Shown piece by piece: positions 9,156-19,789 of a stretch of 64,000 nucleotides of DNA. Source of the stretch: Bacteroidia bacterium (GTDB lineage: Bacteria > Bacteroidota > Bacteroidia > B-17B0 > Aurantibacillaceae); NCBI GenBank assembly GCA_016787705.1, contig JAEUTP010000017.1, positions 7,511-71,510 of the forward strand, in the 5' to 3' direction. A program made the position numbers and the translations under genes. Below the pieces are notes generated by a model, which did no database searches, was not told where the DNA came from, and was given only the letters and a program-made list of their open reading frames with translations. The first letter of the stretch is position 1. Every line of letters starts with the position of its first letter.

Positions 9156-12100
9156 ATGACAAAAATTTACAAATCACTCTTAGGCCTATCTTTACTCTTT
9201 TTAGGGGTAAAAAGTAACGCCCAGGTGTCGGCTTACGGATTTACTCAATTGAGTGGAACGTATAATGCGATACCGATCAGTGGTCCTACTACGACTGCTA
9301 TTTGTGTTGGAAATCAGGATGACAATGTTTTTCCTAATATTCCAATAGGTTTTAACTTTACATTTAATGGAGGTACATACAGCGCCATAAATGTTTGTGT
9401 AAATGGATGGATTAGTATGAGCTCGGCAACAGCTCCTTTTAATACTTATAATCCAATAAGTGTTGCGGGTACACCAACTAATGTAATTGCTTTTTTTGGA
9501 CGCGATCTTCAAATGGGTCCGGGGCAAACTTGTACAGTTACTTCCGGTAGCAATATTATTCCTTTGGCTTATCCTGCAACTGCAGCAAACAATTTTGCTG
9601 TGGGTGATACAATTTCAGGAACAGGTATTCCAACAAACGCAACTATTCAGGCTATTACAGCAGGTAGTTTAATCATTTCATCACCAGCAACTGCAAATAG
9701 CAATTTGGTTTTACCAAGAGGTTCTATTTCTTATCAGGTATCCGGAACTGCTCCAAACCAGGTATTTACAGTGCAATGGAGACGAGTAGGTAGGTATTGG
9801 AATCAATCAACTGGTGTTGATGATTATTATAATGTGCAAATTAAATTGTATCAAACTACTAATCTAATCGAGATAGTTTATGGTGCATGTGGAACAATGA
9901 ACGCCTTTCAAAGCACCGGTGAACTTGGTTTAAAAGGTAATTCAAATACCGACTACAATAACCGTACTGTTGCAATTGGCGGTCCTTATGCAACATCTAA
10001 TCCGGGATCGAGCAATGCAGCTACAGTTGCATTTGATGCAGCTACTACTCCTGCAACAGGGCAGATTTATCGTTGGACTCCTCCGGCAGCTTGTTCAGGT
10101 GTGCCAAACGCAGGTACTGTAACAGGTTCACAAACTATTTGCCCTAATACAACTGCGATAATTACTAACACGAGTTCTAACGCATTTACAGGTATTACTT
10201 ATCAATGGATGCAGGCTCCAACAGCAACAGGGCCATGGACTAACGTTACCACAGGTTCTGGTTTTAATACCACTTCTTTAACTACAGCATCTTTAACTTC
10301 ATTAACATTCTATCAATTAGTAATTACTTGTACTAATACTTCACAAAGTGCTACAACTGCAGTTACCTCGGTAAACCCTAATAATCCTGTTACACTATGT
10401 TATTGTAATACTAACTTAGGTGGCAGTGGCTGTTCACCAACAGATATTATTACAAATGTGTCTATTTTAGGAACACCTTTTAACAACACATCATCTTGTA
10501 ACAATTCTCCTATTAATGGTACGTACTCTAACTTCCCTCCAGGCCCCGGTACTACAGCAACTTTAAATATTGGTGTAACTTATTCAATTAGTGTAAATAC
10601 TACCGCTAACAATATCGAATCCCTTTGGATAGATTACAATCAAAACGGCATATTTGATGCAAGTGAGCATACTCAAATTTGTCTTATATCTACACCAAGC
10701 GTTGCAACAGTAGCAACATTTACTATACCTGGTACGGCTTTATTAGGACAAACCGGTATGCGTGTGCGATCAAGACTTAACGGTAACCAAAACGGTCCAA
10801 ATGATGCATGTTTAAGTATGGGTTCGGGTGAAACTGAAGATTATATTGTAACTATTGCAGCAGCAACAGCTTGTTCAGGTACTCCGGGTGCTAATACAGT
10901 TGTTGCCAGTCAGGCAAATGTTTGCCCTAACGGAAGTGTAACTTTAGGTTTGGCAAATTCTTATACAGTTGGTGGTTTAACCTACCAATGGTATACTGCA
11001 CCTGCTGTTTCTGGCCCGTATACTGCTGTGTCAGGCGCAACTGTAGCTGTTTATACTGCCACCAATCTTACTGCAAATACGTTCTTCCAGGCAGTTATTA
11101 CTTGCACTAATGGCCCGGCCAGTGTTACAGCTACACCGGTTCAGGTAACAGTTAGCGGTAACCCTTGCCAATGTGGCGGTTATTGCAATACATCATTGGC
11201 ATCGAGTACTAACGACGATGAAATCTTTAACGTTAACATTGGTACATTAAACAATACATCAACATGCTCACAAACGGGTGGGCCTGGTTCTATTTTAAAC
11301 AGGTACTCAAATTACGCAGGTATGGTTGCTGCACCAAATCTTACAGTAGCAAATAACTATACATTAAATGTTACGGTTGGACAGTGTAATACCGGCTCGT
11401 ATTCAGGTGGTGTTACTGTTTATATTGATTACAATCAAAATGGTTCATTTGCTGATCCGGGCGAACAGGTTTTTGTCGGTCCAAGTACACTTTGGGCAAT
11501 TGCCGGAACTTTAAACACTACTGTAATTACTATTCCTGCAAGCGCAACCCCTGGTATCACTCGTATGCGTGTGATTGCTGTGGAAGGTGGCATAGGTACA
11601 GGTGATTGTGCAGGTTATACATGGGGTGAGACAGAAGATTATTGTGTTAACATTGCTCCAGGTACTCCTTGTGCAGGTGCTCCTGCTGCTAACTCTGCAG
11701 TTGCAAGTCAAACAAACGTTTGTCCTGCGGGTTCTTCTAATTTAAGCTTAGCAACATCTTATACAGTTGGCGGTTTAACTTATCAATGGTACACTGCACC
11801 TGCTGTTTCAGGTCCTTATACAGCTGTTTCAGGCGCTACAACAAGTGCCTACACATTTACAAATATTTCTGCTTCATTATTTTATCAGGCAGTAATAACT
11901 TGTACCAATGGTCCTGCAAGCACAACTTCATCACCGGTTCAGGTACTAGTTGGTGGTAGCCCTTGTCAGTGTCAAACTTTCTGTGCATCAAGTGCAAACA
12001 GTGTTAACGATGATGAGATCTTTAACGTATCTATTGGTACATTAAACAATACATCTAACTGTTCTCAAACAGGTGGTCCTGGTTCTATCTTAAACAGATA

Positions 12101-14006
12101 TTCAAACTATGCTGGAGTAATTGCTGCGCCAACATTACAAGGAGCTGTGAATTACACTTTAAGTATTACTGCTGGTCAATGTAATAGTTTTGCATATTCT
12201 GGTATTATTACTACTTATATTGATTTTAACCAAAATGGTTCGTTTGGTGATCCCGGTGAGCTTGTTTATACTTCAGTGTATACTCCTTTCCAAATTACTG
12301 GAACAACATTTACAACTGTGGTTCAAATTCCGGCCAATGCAACAGTTGGTACGACCCGTATGCGTGTAATTTGTGCTGAGGTTACAACTCCACAGCCAGA
12401 TTGCGGTACTTATGGTTGGGGTGAAACAGAAGACTATTGTGTAAACATTATAGCTCCGGTACCTTGTACTGGTTCGCCAGCAGCTAATACTTCAGTTGCA
12501 AATCAAACAATGGTATGTTCTGGTGGTAGCTCTACTGTGAACGTTGCTAATTCATATACTGTTGGTGGTTTAAGTTACCAATGGCAAACTGCTACAAGTT
12601 TGGCTGGTCCGTATACATCAGTTGCCGGTGCAACTACAGTTCCATACGTATTCACAAACATTACTAACCCGTTATATTACCGTGTTGTAATCACTTGTTC
12701 AAGCAGCCCTGTAAGTACTACTGCTACTCCGGTTTATATTAATATTTTAGGTGCTCCGGTTTATGCTACACTTCCATTCCTTGAGAATTTTGATAATACA
12801 TGGCAAAACCGTTGTGATAACCACAACGTTCCTATAGCAGCAAATTGGGACAGTAATCCAACAACAGGCGATGATTCTTGGAGAAGACAAGATGATGGCG
12901 CTACTGCAAACTGGTCTTCAAGTACATTTACACAAGCTCCTTTAACAGGTGCGGGTTGTGCAGATTTCCACAGCTGGGATAATTTCAGTCAGGGTGACCT
13001 AATGTTATATGTTAATTTAGGCTCGGCAGCTACTCATACTTTATCTTTTTACCATGTTAACGCATTTGGTGACGATTCATTAGGTGTTTATTTATCAACT
13101 GATGGTGGCGCTACGTATAACTACCAGGCTAGTTATGTTTCTGGTGATTACAGCCCGATTGATGCAAGTTGGAACAAGAAAACAATTGTTCTTAACTCTG
13201 CAAGTTCACCTACTTGTGTAGTTAAATTCTCTGCTTACGGTGATTTTACAGATGATATTGGTATGGATAGTTTACAAATCCAAAGCTCTTGTGCTGCACC
13301 TGTTCTTAGCTTAACAGCATCGCAAAGTACTATTTGTAACGGTTCTTCTTCAAACTTAACTGCATCTGGTGCTACTTCATATACATGGAGTACAGGTCCA
13401 AACACTGCTTCTATTAGTGTTTCTCCATCTGTTACTACTACTTATACTGTTACCGGTCATAACGTACCTGGTTGTACAGCTAGTAAAACAATTGCAGTAA
13501 CTGTTAATCCTAGTCCTACATTGGCAGTAGCTCCTTCTACTTCAATTTGTCCTGGAGCAAATGCTGTATTATCTGCTACTTCAAGCGCAGCTAACTACAC
13601 ATGGAACCCTGGTAACTTTACAACATCTGCTATTACGGTTTCTCCGTCAATATCAACTGTGTACAACGTAGCAACAACAAATAGTTTAGGTTGTGTTACC
13701 AACTCTAACGTAACAGTATTTGTAGTTGTTTGTACGGGTATTGCTAAAAACACAGTTATAGATAACAATACATTCATCTATCCAAATCCAAATAACGGTA
13801 GTATTAATGTTATTATCCAGGATGCTAATGGAAGCTACGCTTTCGAAGTGCTTGATCTTGCAGGAAGAGTAGTTTATAAAACTACTTTATCTAAAGCTGA
13901 AAATGCTTTAAGCATTAAAGAATTAGCTAATGGTTTATATACTTATAAAATTACTTCATTAACTACTAAAGTGGCTATTAAAGAAGGTAAATTAATTAAG
14001 GAATAA
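9156..14006 (+). CDS. Giant T9SS-secreted surface protein with repeated Ig-like and GEVED-type domains
   Basis: 1616 aa. Signal peptide. Four Cys-framed modules containing G(G)L(T/S)YQW. Three domains ending in GETEDY (GEVED-type). C-terminal Ig-like repeats. IYPNPNNGSINV...GLYTYKI type A sorting domain. Confidence 0.8.
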   Translation: MTKIYKSLLGLSLLFLGVKSNAQVSAYGFTQLSGTYNAIPISGPTTTAICVGNQDDNVFPNIPIGFNFTFNGGTYSAINVCVNGWISMSSATAPFNTYNPISVAGTPTNVIAFFGRDLQMGPGQTCTVTSGSNIIPLAYPATAANNFAVGDTISGTGIPTNATIQAITAGSLIISSPATANSNLVLPRGSISYQVSGTAPNQVFTVQWRRVGRYWNQSTGVDDYYNVQIKLYQTTNLIEIVYGACGTMNAFQSTGELGLKGNSNTDYNNRTVAIGGPYATSNPGSSNAATVAFDAATTPATGQIYRWTPPAACSGVPNAGTVTGSQTICPNTTAIITNTSSNAFTGITYQWMQAPTATGPWTNVTTGSGFNTTSLTTASLTSLTFYQLVITCTNTSQSATTAVTSVNPNNPVTLCYCNTNLGGSGCSPTDIITNVSILGTPFNNTSSCNNSPINGTYSNFPPGPGTTATLNIGVTYSISVNTTANNIESLWIDYNQNGIFDASEHTQICLISTPSVATVATFTIPGTALLGQTGMRVRSRLNGNQNGPNDACLSMGSGETEDYIVTIAAATACSGTPGANTVVASQANVCPNGSVTLGLANSYTVGGLTYQWYTAPAVSGPYTAVSGATVAVYTATNLTANTFFQAVITCTNGPASVTATPVQVTVSGNPCQCGGYCNTSLASSTNDDEIFNVNIGTLNNTSTCSQTGGPGSILNRYSNYAGMVAAPNLTVANNYTLNVTVGQCNTGSYSGGVTVYIDYNQNGSFADPGEQVFVGPSTLWAIAGTLNTTVITIPASATPGITRMRVIAVEGGIGTGDCAGYTWGETEDYCVNIAPGTPCAGAPAANSAVASQTNVCPAGSSNLSLATSYTVGGLTYQWYTAPAVSGPYTAVSGATTSAYTFTNISASLFYQAVITCTNGPASTTSSPVQVLVGGSPCQCQTFCASSANSVNDDEIFNVSIGTLNNTSNCSQTGGPGSILNRYSNYAGVIAAPTLQGAVNYTLSITAGQCNSFAYSGIITTYIDFNQNGSFGDPGELVYTSVYTPFQITGTTFTTVVQIPANATVGTTRMRVICAEVTTPQPDCGTYGWGETEDYCVNIIAPVPCTGSPAANTSVANQTMVCSGGSSTVNVANSYTVGGLSYQWQTATSLAGPYTSVAGATTVPYVFTNITNPLYYRVVITCSSSPVSTTATPVYINILGAPVYATLPFLENFDNTWQNRCDNHNVPIAANWDSNPTTGDDSWRRQDDGATANWSSSTFTQAPLTGAGCADFHSWDNFSQGDLMLYVNLGSAATHTLSFYHVNAFGDDSLGVYLSTDGGATYNYQASYVSGDYSPIDASWNKKTIVLNSASSPTCVVKFSAYGDFTDDIGMDSLQIQSSCAAPVLSLTASQSTICNGSSSNLTASGATSYTWSTGPNTASISVSPSVTTTYTVTGHNVPGCTASKTIAVTVNPSPTLAVAPSTSICPGANAVLSATSSAANYTWNPGNFTTSAITVSPSISTVYNVATTNSLGCVTNSNVTVFVVVCTGIAKNTVIDNNTFIYPNPNNGSINVIIQDANGSYAFEVLDLAGRVVYKTTLSKAENALSIKELANGLYTYKITSLTTKVAIKEGKLIKE
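10086..12750 (+). repeat. Intragenic tandem repeat, about 3.3 units of 780-798 nt (~262 aa)
   Basis: The framing Cys codon recurs in frame at 10092, 10872, 11670 and 12465. GETEDY codons at 10827, 11625 and 12420. Units A and B are near-identical in protein over long stretches. Confidence 0.85.
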
Positions 14007-14028
14007 TTTAATTAACTTTTATTAAAAA

Positions 14029-14057
14029 GGCGGTAGGTTTAACCTACCGCCTTTTTT
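14029..14057 (+). terminator. Rho-independent terminator after the giant T9SS gene
   Basis: ggcggtaggt / acctaccgcc stem (about 10 bp) followed by tttttt. Lies 23 nt after the stop at 14006. Confidence 0.8.
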
Positions 14058-14109
14058 GTTTTATGGCAATTGTAAACCATTAAAAAGTACTATCTTTAAG
14101 GGCAATTTT

Positions 14110-15561
14110 ATGAGCGTTTACGATAAATACGAAACCGTTATTGGTTTAGAGTGCCACATTCAATTACTTACAAAAACCAAAATGTACAGTAACGATGTGG
14201 CGGAGTATGGTGCATTGCCTAACACAAACATTAGCGTAGTTACATTAGGCCATCCCGGTACATTGCCGGTAGTTAATAGCAAAGCAATTGAATTTGCCGT
14301 AAAATTAGGTATTGCTGTAAACGCCAATATAAGAGAAGAGAACCAATTTGCGCGTAAAAATTATTTTTATGCCGATCTTCCAAAAGGGTATCAAATTACA
14401 CAGGATAAAACGCCAATATGTACCGGTGGTTTTATTACAGCAAAATTAAAAGACGGTAATACAAAAAAAATAAATCTTACCCGTATTCATATGGAAGAAG
14501 ATGCAGGGAAAAGCTTGCATGATATTGATCCGTTTGAAACATTAATAGATCTTAACAGGGCCGGAACACCTTTATTGGAAATAGTTACCGAGCCTGATTT
14601 TAGAAGTGGAGAAGAAGCTTATGCGTATTTAACCGAAGTAAGAAAATTAGTGCGCTATCTTGATATTTGTGATGGTAACATGGAAGAAGGGTCTTTACGT
14701 TGCGATGCTAATATTTCTGTAATGCTTAAAGGCGCTAAAGAGTTTGGAAAAAAGGTTGAGGTAAAGAACATGAACTCTTTTAGAAATGTTCAACGTGCCA
14801 TTGATTTTGAAATTAAAAGACAAATAGATCTTATTGAAGAAGGAAAATTAATTGCAGGCGAAACAAGAAGCTTTGATGCTGTAAAAGGAATTACATTTTC
14901 TTTAAGAAGCAAAGAGAACGCAAACGATTACCGTTACTTTCCTGAACCTGATCTTCAACCTGTTTTTGTAACACAAGAATATATTAATAAAATAAAAAAA
15001 GATCTTCCTGTTTTACCTGATGAACTTTTTAATTTATATACAAAAACATATAAGCTTACCGAGTACGATGCGCTTCAGTTAATAGATCTTAAAGAAGTAG
15101 CTGCGTATTACAATAAATTGGTAACATTCACTAAAAATTATAAAAGCGCTGCCAACTGGCTAATGGGTCCAGTTAAAGCCTGGTTAAACGAACGCGCTTT
15201 AACTATTTCTGAATTTACATTGGCACCTGAAAAAATCGCTGAAATAATTTATTTAATAGATGAAGGTAAAATTAGTAATGCCGCCGCTGCTCAAAGTATA
15301 TTTCCTGAATTAATGAACAACCAAACTAAAACTGCCGAGCAAATTGCCAAAGAATTGGACCTCTTACAAAACAGTAATAGTGGGGAGTTACAAGGTATTA
15401 TTGATTCGGCTCTTTCGAAATTTCCTGAAAAAGTTACAGAATATAAAAACGGAAAAGTTGGTTTGCTAGGCATGTTTGTTGGTGAAGCAATGAAGTTAAG
15501 CAAGGGCAAAGCAGATCCTAAATTATTGAACCAGTTAGTAAAAGAAACACTTGAAAAATAA
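14110..15561 (+). CDS. gatB: Asp-tRNA(Asn)/Glu-tRNA(Gln) amidotransferase subunit B
   Basis: MSVYDKYETVIGLECHIQL, RKNYFYADLPKGYQITQ, NRAGTPLLEIV, GSLRCDANISV are canonical GatB blocks. ATG 14110 preferred over the extended track ORF. Confidence 0.92.
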   Translation: MSVYDKYETVIGLECHIQLLTKTKMYSNDVAEYGALPNTNISVVTLGHPGTLPVVNSKAIEFAVKLGIAVNANIREENQFARKNYFYADLPKGYQITQDKTPICTGGFITAKLKDGNTKKINLTRIHMEEDAGKSLHDIDPFETLIDLNRAGTPLLEIVTEPDFRSGEEAYAYLTEVRKLVRYLDICDGNMEEGSLRCDANISVMLKGAKEFGKKVEVKNMNSFRNVQRAIDFEIKRQIDLIEEGKLIAGETRSFDAVKGITFSLRSKENANDYRYFPEPDLQPVFVTQEYINKIKKDLPVLPDELFNLYTKTYKLTEYDALQLIDLKEVAAYYNKLVTFTKNYKSAANWLMGPVKAWLNERALTISEFTLAPEKIAEIIYLIDEGKISNAAAAQSIFPELMNNQTKTAEQIAKELDLLQNSNSGELQGIIDSALSKFPEKVTEYKNGKVGLLGMFVGEAMKLSKGKADPKLLNQLVKETLEK

Positions 15562-15565
15562 AATA

Positions 15566-16696
15566 ATGTTTAAAACAATTAGTGCTATTGCAGCAATAGC
15601 CATTTTATCGGGTTGCGGTGAAACCGGACGAACCGGAAGCTTTGAATTAAAAGGAACATTAAGCAACTCAAATGGTGAAACCATTTATCTCGAAAAACTT
15701 GTTAACCCTCAACCGGTTATAGTTGATAGCACCGTAATTGATGAAAAGGGAAATTTTGAATTTAAAAACTATACGCCACATATTGGTTTTTACCGGATAA
15801 AATTAAACCAGCAAAACTTTGCAATGCTGGTTTTAGATAGTACCGATAAAGTTAAAGTAACTGCTAATGCAAAAGATCTTGCAAGAACTTATAAAGTAGA
15901 AGGCTCTCCTGAAACAGCTTTGTTTGTTGAATATAACGAGTTAACAAATCAAAAAAATATTCGCCTTGATTCATTAAATCAGGCGTTTCAGGCAATTGTG
16001 CAAACCATTAAAATGGATTCTTTGAAAATGGATTCGCTAAGCAATATTTTCGAAAAACCTTTTAATGAAATAATGAATGGGTTTAATACCATCATCGCCG
16101 AAAAAATAACCAAAAATCCGGATAAGTACGCATCAATGATTGCCATACAAGGTATGGAGCCGGATAAGTTTGCCGACATTTATAAAAAACTGGATGAAGG
16201 CTTAAATAAAAAATATCCTTCCGATAAAGGCGTAAGAATGTTTCATGATGTAGTATCAAAAATGTTAGCTACAACTATTGGCCAGCCAGCACCTGAAATT
16301 GTTTTACCAACACCAGATGATAAAGAGTTGGCACTATCATCATTTAAAGGGAAAATTGTATTGGTAGATTTTTGGGCAAGCTGGTGTGGCCCATGCAGAA
16401 AAGAAATGCCAAATGTTGTAAAAGCCTATACAAAATTTAAAGATAAAGGTTTTGAGATATATGGTGTTTCGTTAGATCAGGATAAGGGCCGCTGGATAGA
16501 GGCTATTCAAAAAGATGGCATTACATGGCCGCAAGTAAGTGATCTTAAATATTGGGATAGCTACGCTGCAAAATTATATGCAGTTGAAGGTATTCCATAC
16601 ACCGTGCTGTTAAATAAAGAAGGGAAAATTATCGCGAAGAATTTACGTGGTGCTGAATTAGAAAAGGCGATCGAAAAAGCACTATCAGGAAAATAA
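15566..16696 (+). CDS. TlpA-like thiol:disulfide oxidoreductase lipoprotein (thioredoxin fold)
   Basis: Lipoprotein signal ...AILSGC. C-terminal thioredoxin domain with VLVDFWASWCGPCRKEMP (CxxC). Confidence 0.85.
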   Translation: MFKTISAIAAIAILSGCGETGRTGSFELKGTLSNSNGETIYLEKLVNPQPVIVDSTVIDEKGNFEFKNYTPHIGFYRIKLNQQNFAMLVLDSTDKVKVTANAKDLARTYKVEGSPETALFVEYNELTNQKNIRLDSLNQAFQAIVQTIKMDSLKMDSLSNIFEKPFNEIMNGFNTIIAEKITKNPDKYASMIAIQGMEPDKFADIYKKLDEGLNKKYPSDKGVRMFHDVVSKMLATTIGQPAPEIVLPTPDDKELALSSFKGKIVLVDFWASWCGPCRKEMPNVVKAYTKFKDKGFEIYGVSLDQDKGRWIEAIQKDGITWPQVSDLKYWDSYAAKLYAVEGIPYTVLLNKEGKIIAKNLRGAELEKAIEKALSGK

Positions 16697-19600
16697 TTGT
16701 TGGGTAAATTTAAGAATATAACAACATTTGATCGCTGCAATTTGCTTGTGGCGATTTTTGTTATTAGCCAAAATCTATTTTCTCAGCAAACCTATTTTCA
16801 GCAGGAAGTAAATTATAAAATTGATGTAAAATTAAATGATGTAACACATGTTCTGTCGGCTAATGAAGAAATTCAATACATCAATAATTCCAGTCAATCA
16901 TTAAGCTACATTTATTTTCATTTATGGCCCAATGCTTATAAAGATCATTCAACTGCGCTGGCAAAACAATTGCTTATTCACAAAAAAACCGATTTCTATT
17001 TTTCAAAAAAAGAAGAAAGAGGTTTTATAGATAGCTTAAATTTTAAAGTTAATGGCAAAGAAATAAAATGGGAATTTGATAAAGAGCATATTGATATTTG
17101 TAAACTTATTTTAAATGAACCTTTACGTTCATTAGATACCATTGTTATCACCACGCCTTTTTTTGTAAAGATACCCGATGCAAAATTCTCACGCCTTGGC
17201 CATACCCAACAAGCATATTTTATCACGCAATGGTATCCAAAGCCGGCAGTATTTGATAATGACGGTTGGCATCCAATACCTTATTTAGACCAGGGCGAAT
17301 TTTTTAGTGAGTTTGGAAGCTTTGATGTAAAGATTACGCTCCCTAAAAATTATCTTTTATCGGCAACCGGTGATAGAATTGATGCAGATGAAGAAGAATA
17401 TTTTTTGAACGAAAAAGTAAAAGAAACCCTCGAGCGTTTGGATAAGGGTGATTTCAGGCAGGAGGATATGAATTTTCCTGAATCTTCAAAAGAAACAAAA
17501 ACAATTCGCTTTAAACAATTTCGCGTACACGATTTTGCATGGTTTGCCGATAAGCGCTTTAATGTTTTGCATGATCAGATAGAGTTACCAAATACAAAAA
17601 GAACAGTTGATACATGGATATTTTTTACAAATAAAAATTTTAACATCTGGAAAAATGCGATTAATTACGTTAATGAATCAACCATTTTTTATTCGTATTT
17701 AAACGGCGATTATCCATATAATCATGTAACAGCTATTGATGGTACCATTATGGCGGGTGGGGGTATGGAGTATCCTAATATTACTGTTATTGGGGATATG
17801 AGTAACGAGTTCGATCTTGATATTACCATTACCCACGAGGTTGGGCATAATTGGTTTTATGGTATTTTAGGAAGTAATGAGCGCGATCATCCGCCTTTGG
17901 ATGAAGGTATAAATTCTTTTTACGAATTGCGTTACATGCGTGCAAAATATCCTGATAAGAAATTATCAGACCTTATTGGCCTTAAAGAAAACAGAAGATT
18001 ATTTGGTGTAAACAAAATTCCATACTGGCGCGAAAAAGAAATAGCTTATTTTATTTCTGCAAAAGCAAAAAGTGATCAATCGTTGGATATTCCTTCTCAG
18101 GATTTTTCTGAATTTAATTATGGCAGTATAGTTTATAGTAAAACGCCGGTTATATTTGATTACCTTATGGATTACATGGGTGAAGATAACCTGGATAAAG
18201 CCATGCAGTTTTATTACGAGCAATATAAATTCAAACATCCTTCACAAAAAGAACTTATAAAAACATTAAACTTTTTTTGCGGAAGAGATCTTTCTTGGTT
18301 TGCATCACATTTATTATCATCTACCGATAAAATAGATTACAAGCTTAAAAGCGTTAAAAAAAATAAAGATGGTAGTTTTAGCTTAAAAGTAAAAAACAAA
18401 ACCGGCGTTGCAACCCCTGTAAATGTATATGGTTTTAAAAATGATAAACCTGTGGGATTAATTTGGTATAATGGTTTCAGTAAAAATGGCATTGTTGAAT
18501 TTCCGCCAATGGATGTAGATTATTTTAAAATTGATGGCCTGGATAAAATGCCGGATGTTAATCGTAAAAATAATTATATAAAGGCAAAAGGTATTTTTAA
18601 GAAGGCAAAGCCTTTGCGTTTTAATTTTATTACAAGTGTTGAAGATCCGGCTAAAACGCAAATTAATTTTATGCCCTTAACCGGTGCCAACTATTACAAT
18701 GGTTTTATGGCGGGTTTTGCTCTTCATAACTACGGTATATATCAAAAAAAGTTCGATTTTCATATAGCTCCTTTATTCGGTTTTAAATCAAAAAGCCCGG
18801 GAGGTTTTGTTGAGTTAGGTCGCAACTTTTATCCAAAAAATACAATACAGCAAATTACAATTGGCGTTAAAGGTAAATCTTTTGCTTACGATCATTATGA
18901 TTTGACAAATCTTAATCCGGCGTATCAGACAGACTATTACAAAAATCTTTTTCTTAACTATTATAAAATCGTTCCATACTTACAAATTGAACTTAAAAGA
19001 AAAGATGCCAACAGCAAAATACATCAAACCATTAATTACTCAAATAATAATTTATTTACTGATAGTTTGAAATTTACAAATGCAAATACAATAAATGATC
19101 CTATTACTGCTGAAAAGTATAACGCATTTTCTTTTGTAAATAAACTCAATTATAATTTAAACAATGTACGCACCATCAATCCTTTCAATTTAAATTTAGA
19201 ATTACAGCATACCACAAGTATGGCAAAACTTTCTGCTACTTTAAATTATCAAATAACTATTCGCAATAAACAGTATTTTGACATACGGTTATTTGCAGGC
19301 GCTTTTTTAACAGGTTCCTACGCCGAAAGGAGTTACTATGCTTTCAGAGCAAGCGGCTACAATGGTTATCAGGATTATTTATTTGAATCAAATTTTCTGG
19401 CAAGAAATCAATACCCTGGTTTTGGTTTTAGCCAGTTTGCTGATGTAGATGGTGCATTAAAAGTGTGGTCGCCGTTAGGACAGTCTACGGAATGGCTTAT
19501 TTCTACAAATATTAAATCTCCACAAATTTTTATTTTACCCGTAAAACTATTTGCTGATGTAGCAGTTTGCGATGGACGCGCTTTAAATACAGAGCCCTTT

Positions 19601-19789
19601 TTATGGGACCTTGGTATAAATATTCCGATAGTAAGAGATATTATAGATGTTTATGTCCCCTTTATATATAGCAATGATATTAAAACAACCATGAAGCTTA
19701 ATAATGTAAAAACTATTAATACAGTACGTTTTACAATTAATATTCATAAATTAGTTGCAAAGAATTTCATAAAGGATAATTTATTTTAG
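16697..19789 (+). CDS. M1-family zinc metallopeptidase (aminopeptidase N-like), secreted
   Basis: HEVGHNWFYG plus downstream Glu (PLDEG) gives the HExxH-x18/19-E gluzincin motif. Signal-like N-terminus. No ATG is available, so the start is TTG at 16697 or 16700, directly after the upstream stop. Confidence 0.8.
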   Translation: MLGKFKNITTFDRCNLLVAIFVISQNLFSQQTYFQQEVNYKIDVKLNDVTHVLSANEEIQYINNSSQSLSYIYFHLWPNAYKDHSTALAKQLLIHKKTDFYFSKKEERGFIDSLNFKVNGKEIKWEFDKEHIDICKLILNEPLRSLDTIVITTPFFVKIPDAKFSRLGHTQQAYFITQWYPKPAVFDNDGWHPIPYLDQGEFFSEFGSFDVKITLPKNYLLSATGDRIDADEEEYFLNEKVKETLERLDKGDFRQEDMNFPESSKETKTIRFKQFRVHDFAWFADKRFNVLHDQIELPNTKRTVDTWIFFTNKNFNIWKNAINYVNESTIFYSYLNGDYPYNHVTAIDGTIMAGGGMEYPNITVIGDMSNEFDLDITITHEVGHNWFYGILGSNERDHPPLDEGINSFYELRYMRAKYPDKKLSDLIGLKENRRLFGVNKIPYWREKEIAYFISAKAKSDQSLDIPSQDFSEFNYGSIVYSKTPVIFDYLMDYMGEDNLDKAMQFYYEQYKFKHPSQKELIKTLNFFCGRDLSWFASHLLSSTDKIDYKLKSVKKNKDGSFSLKVKNKTGVATPVNVYGFKNDKPVGLIWYNGFSKNGIVEFPPMDVDYFKIDGLDKMPDVNRKNNYIKAKGIFKKAKPLRFNFITSVEDPAKTQINFMPLTGANYYNGFMAGFALHNYGIYQKKFDFHIAPLFGFKSKSPGGFVELGRNFYPKNTIQQITIGVKGKSFAYDHYDLTNLNPAYQTDYYKNLFLNYYKIVPYLQIELKRKDANSKIHQTINYSNNNLFTDSLKFTNANTINDPITAEKYNAFSFVNKLNYNLNNVRTINPFNLNLELQHTTSMAKLSATLNYQITIRNKQYFDIRLFAGAFLTGSYAERSYYAFRASGYNGYQDYLFESNFLARNQYPGFGFSQFADVDGALKVWSPLGQSTEWLISTNIKSPQIFILPVKLFADVAVCDGRALNTEPFLWDLGINIPIVRDIIDVYVPFIYSNDIKTTMKLNNVKTINTVRFTINIHKLVAKNFIKDNLF

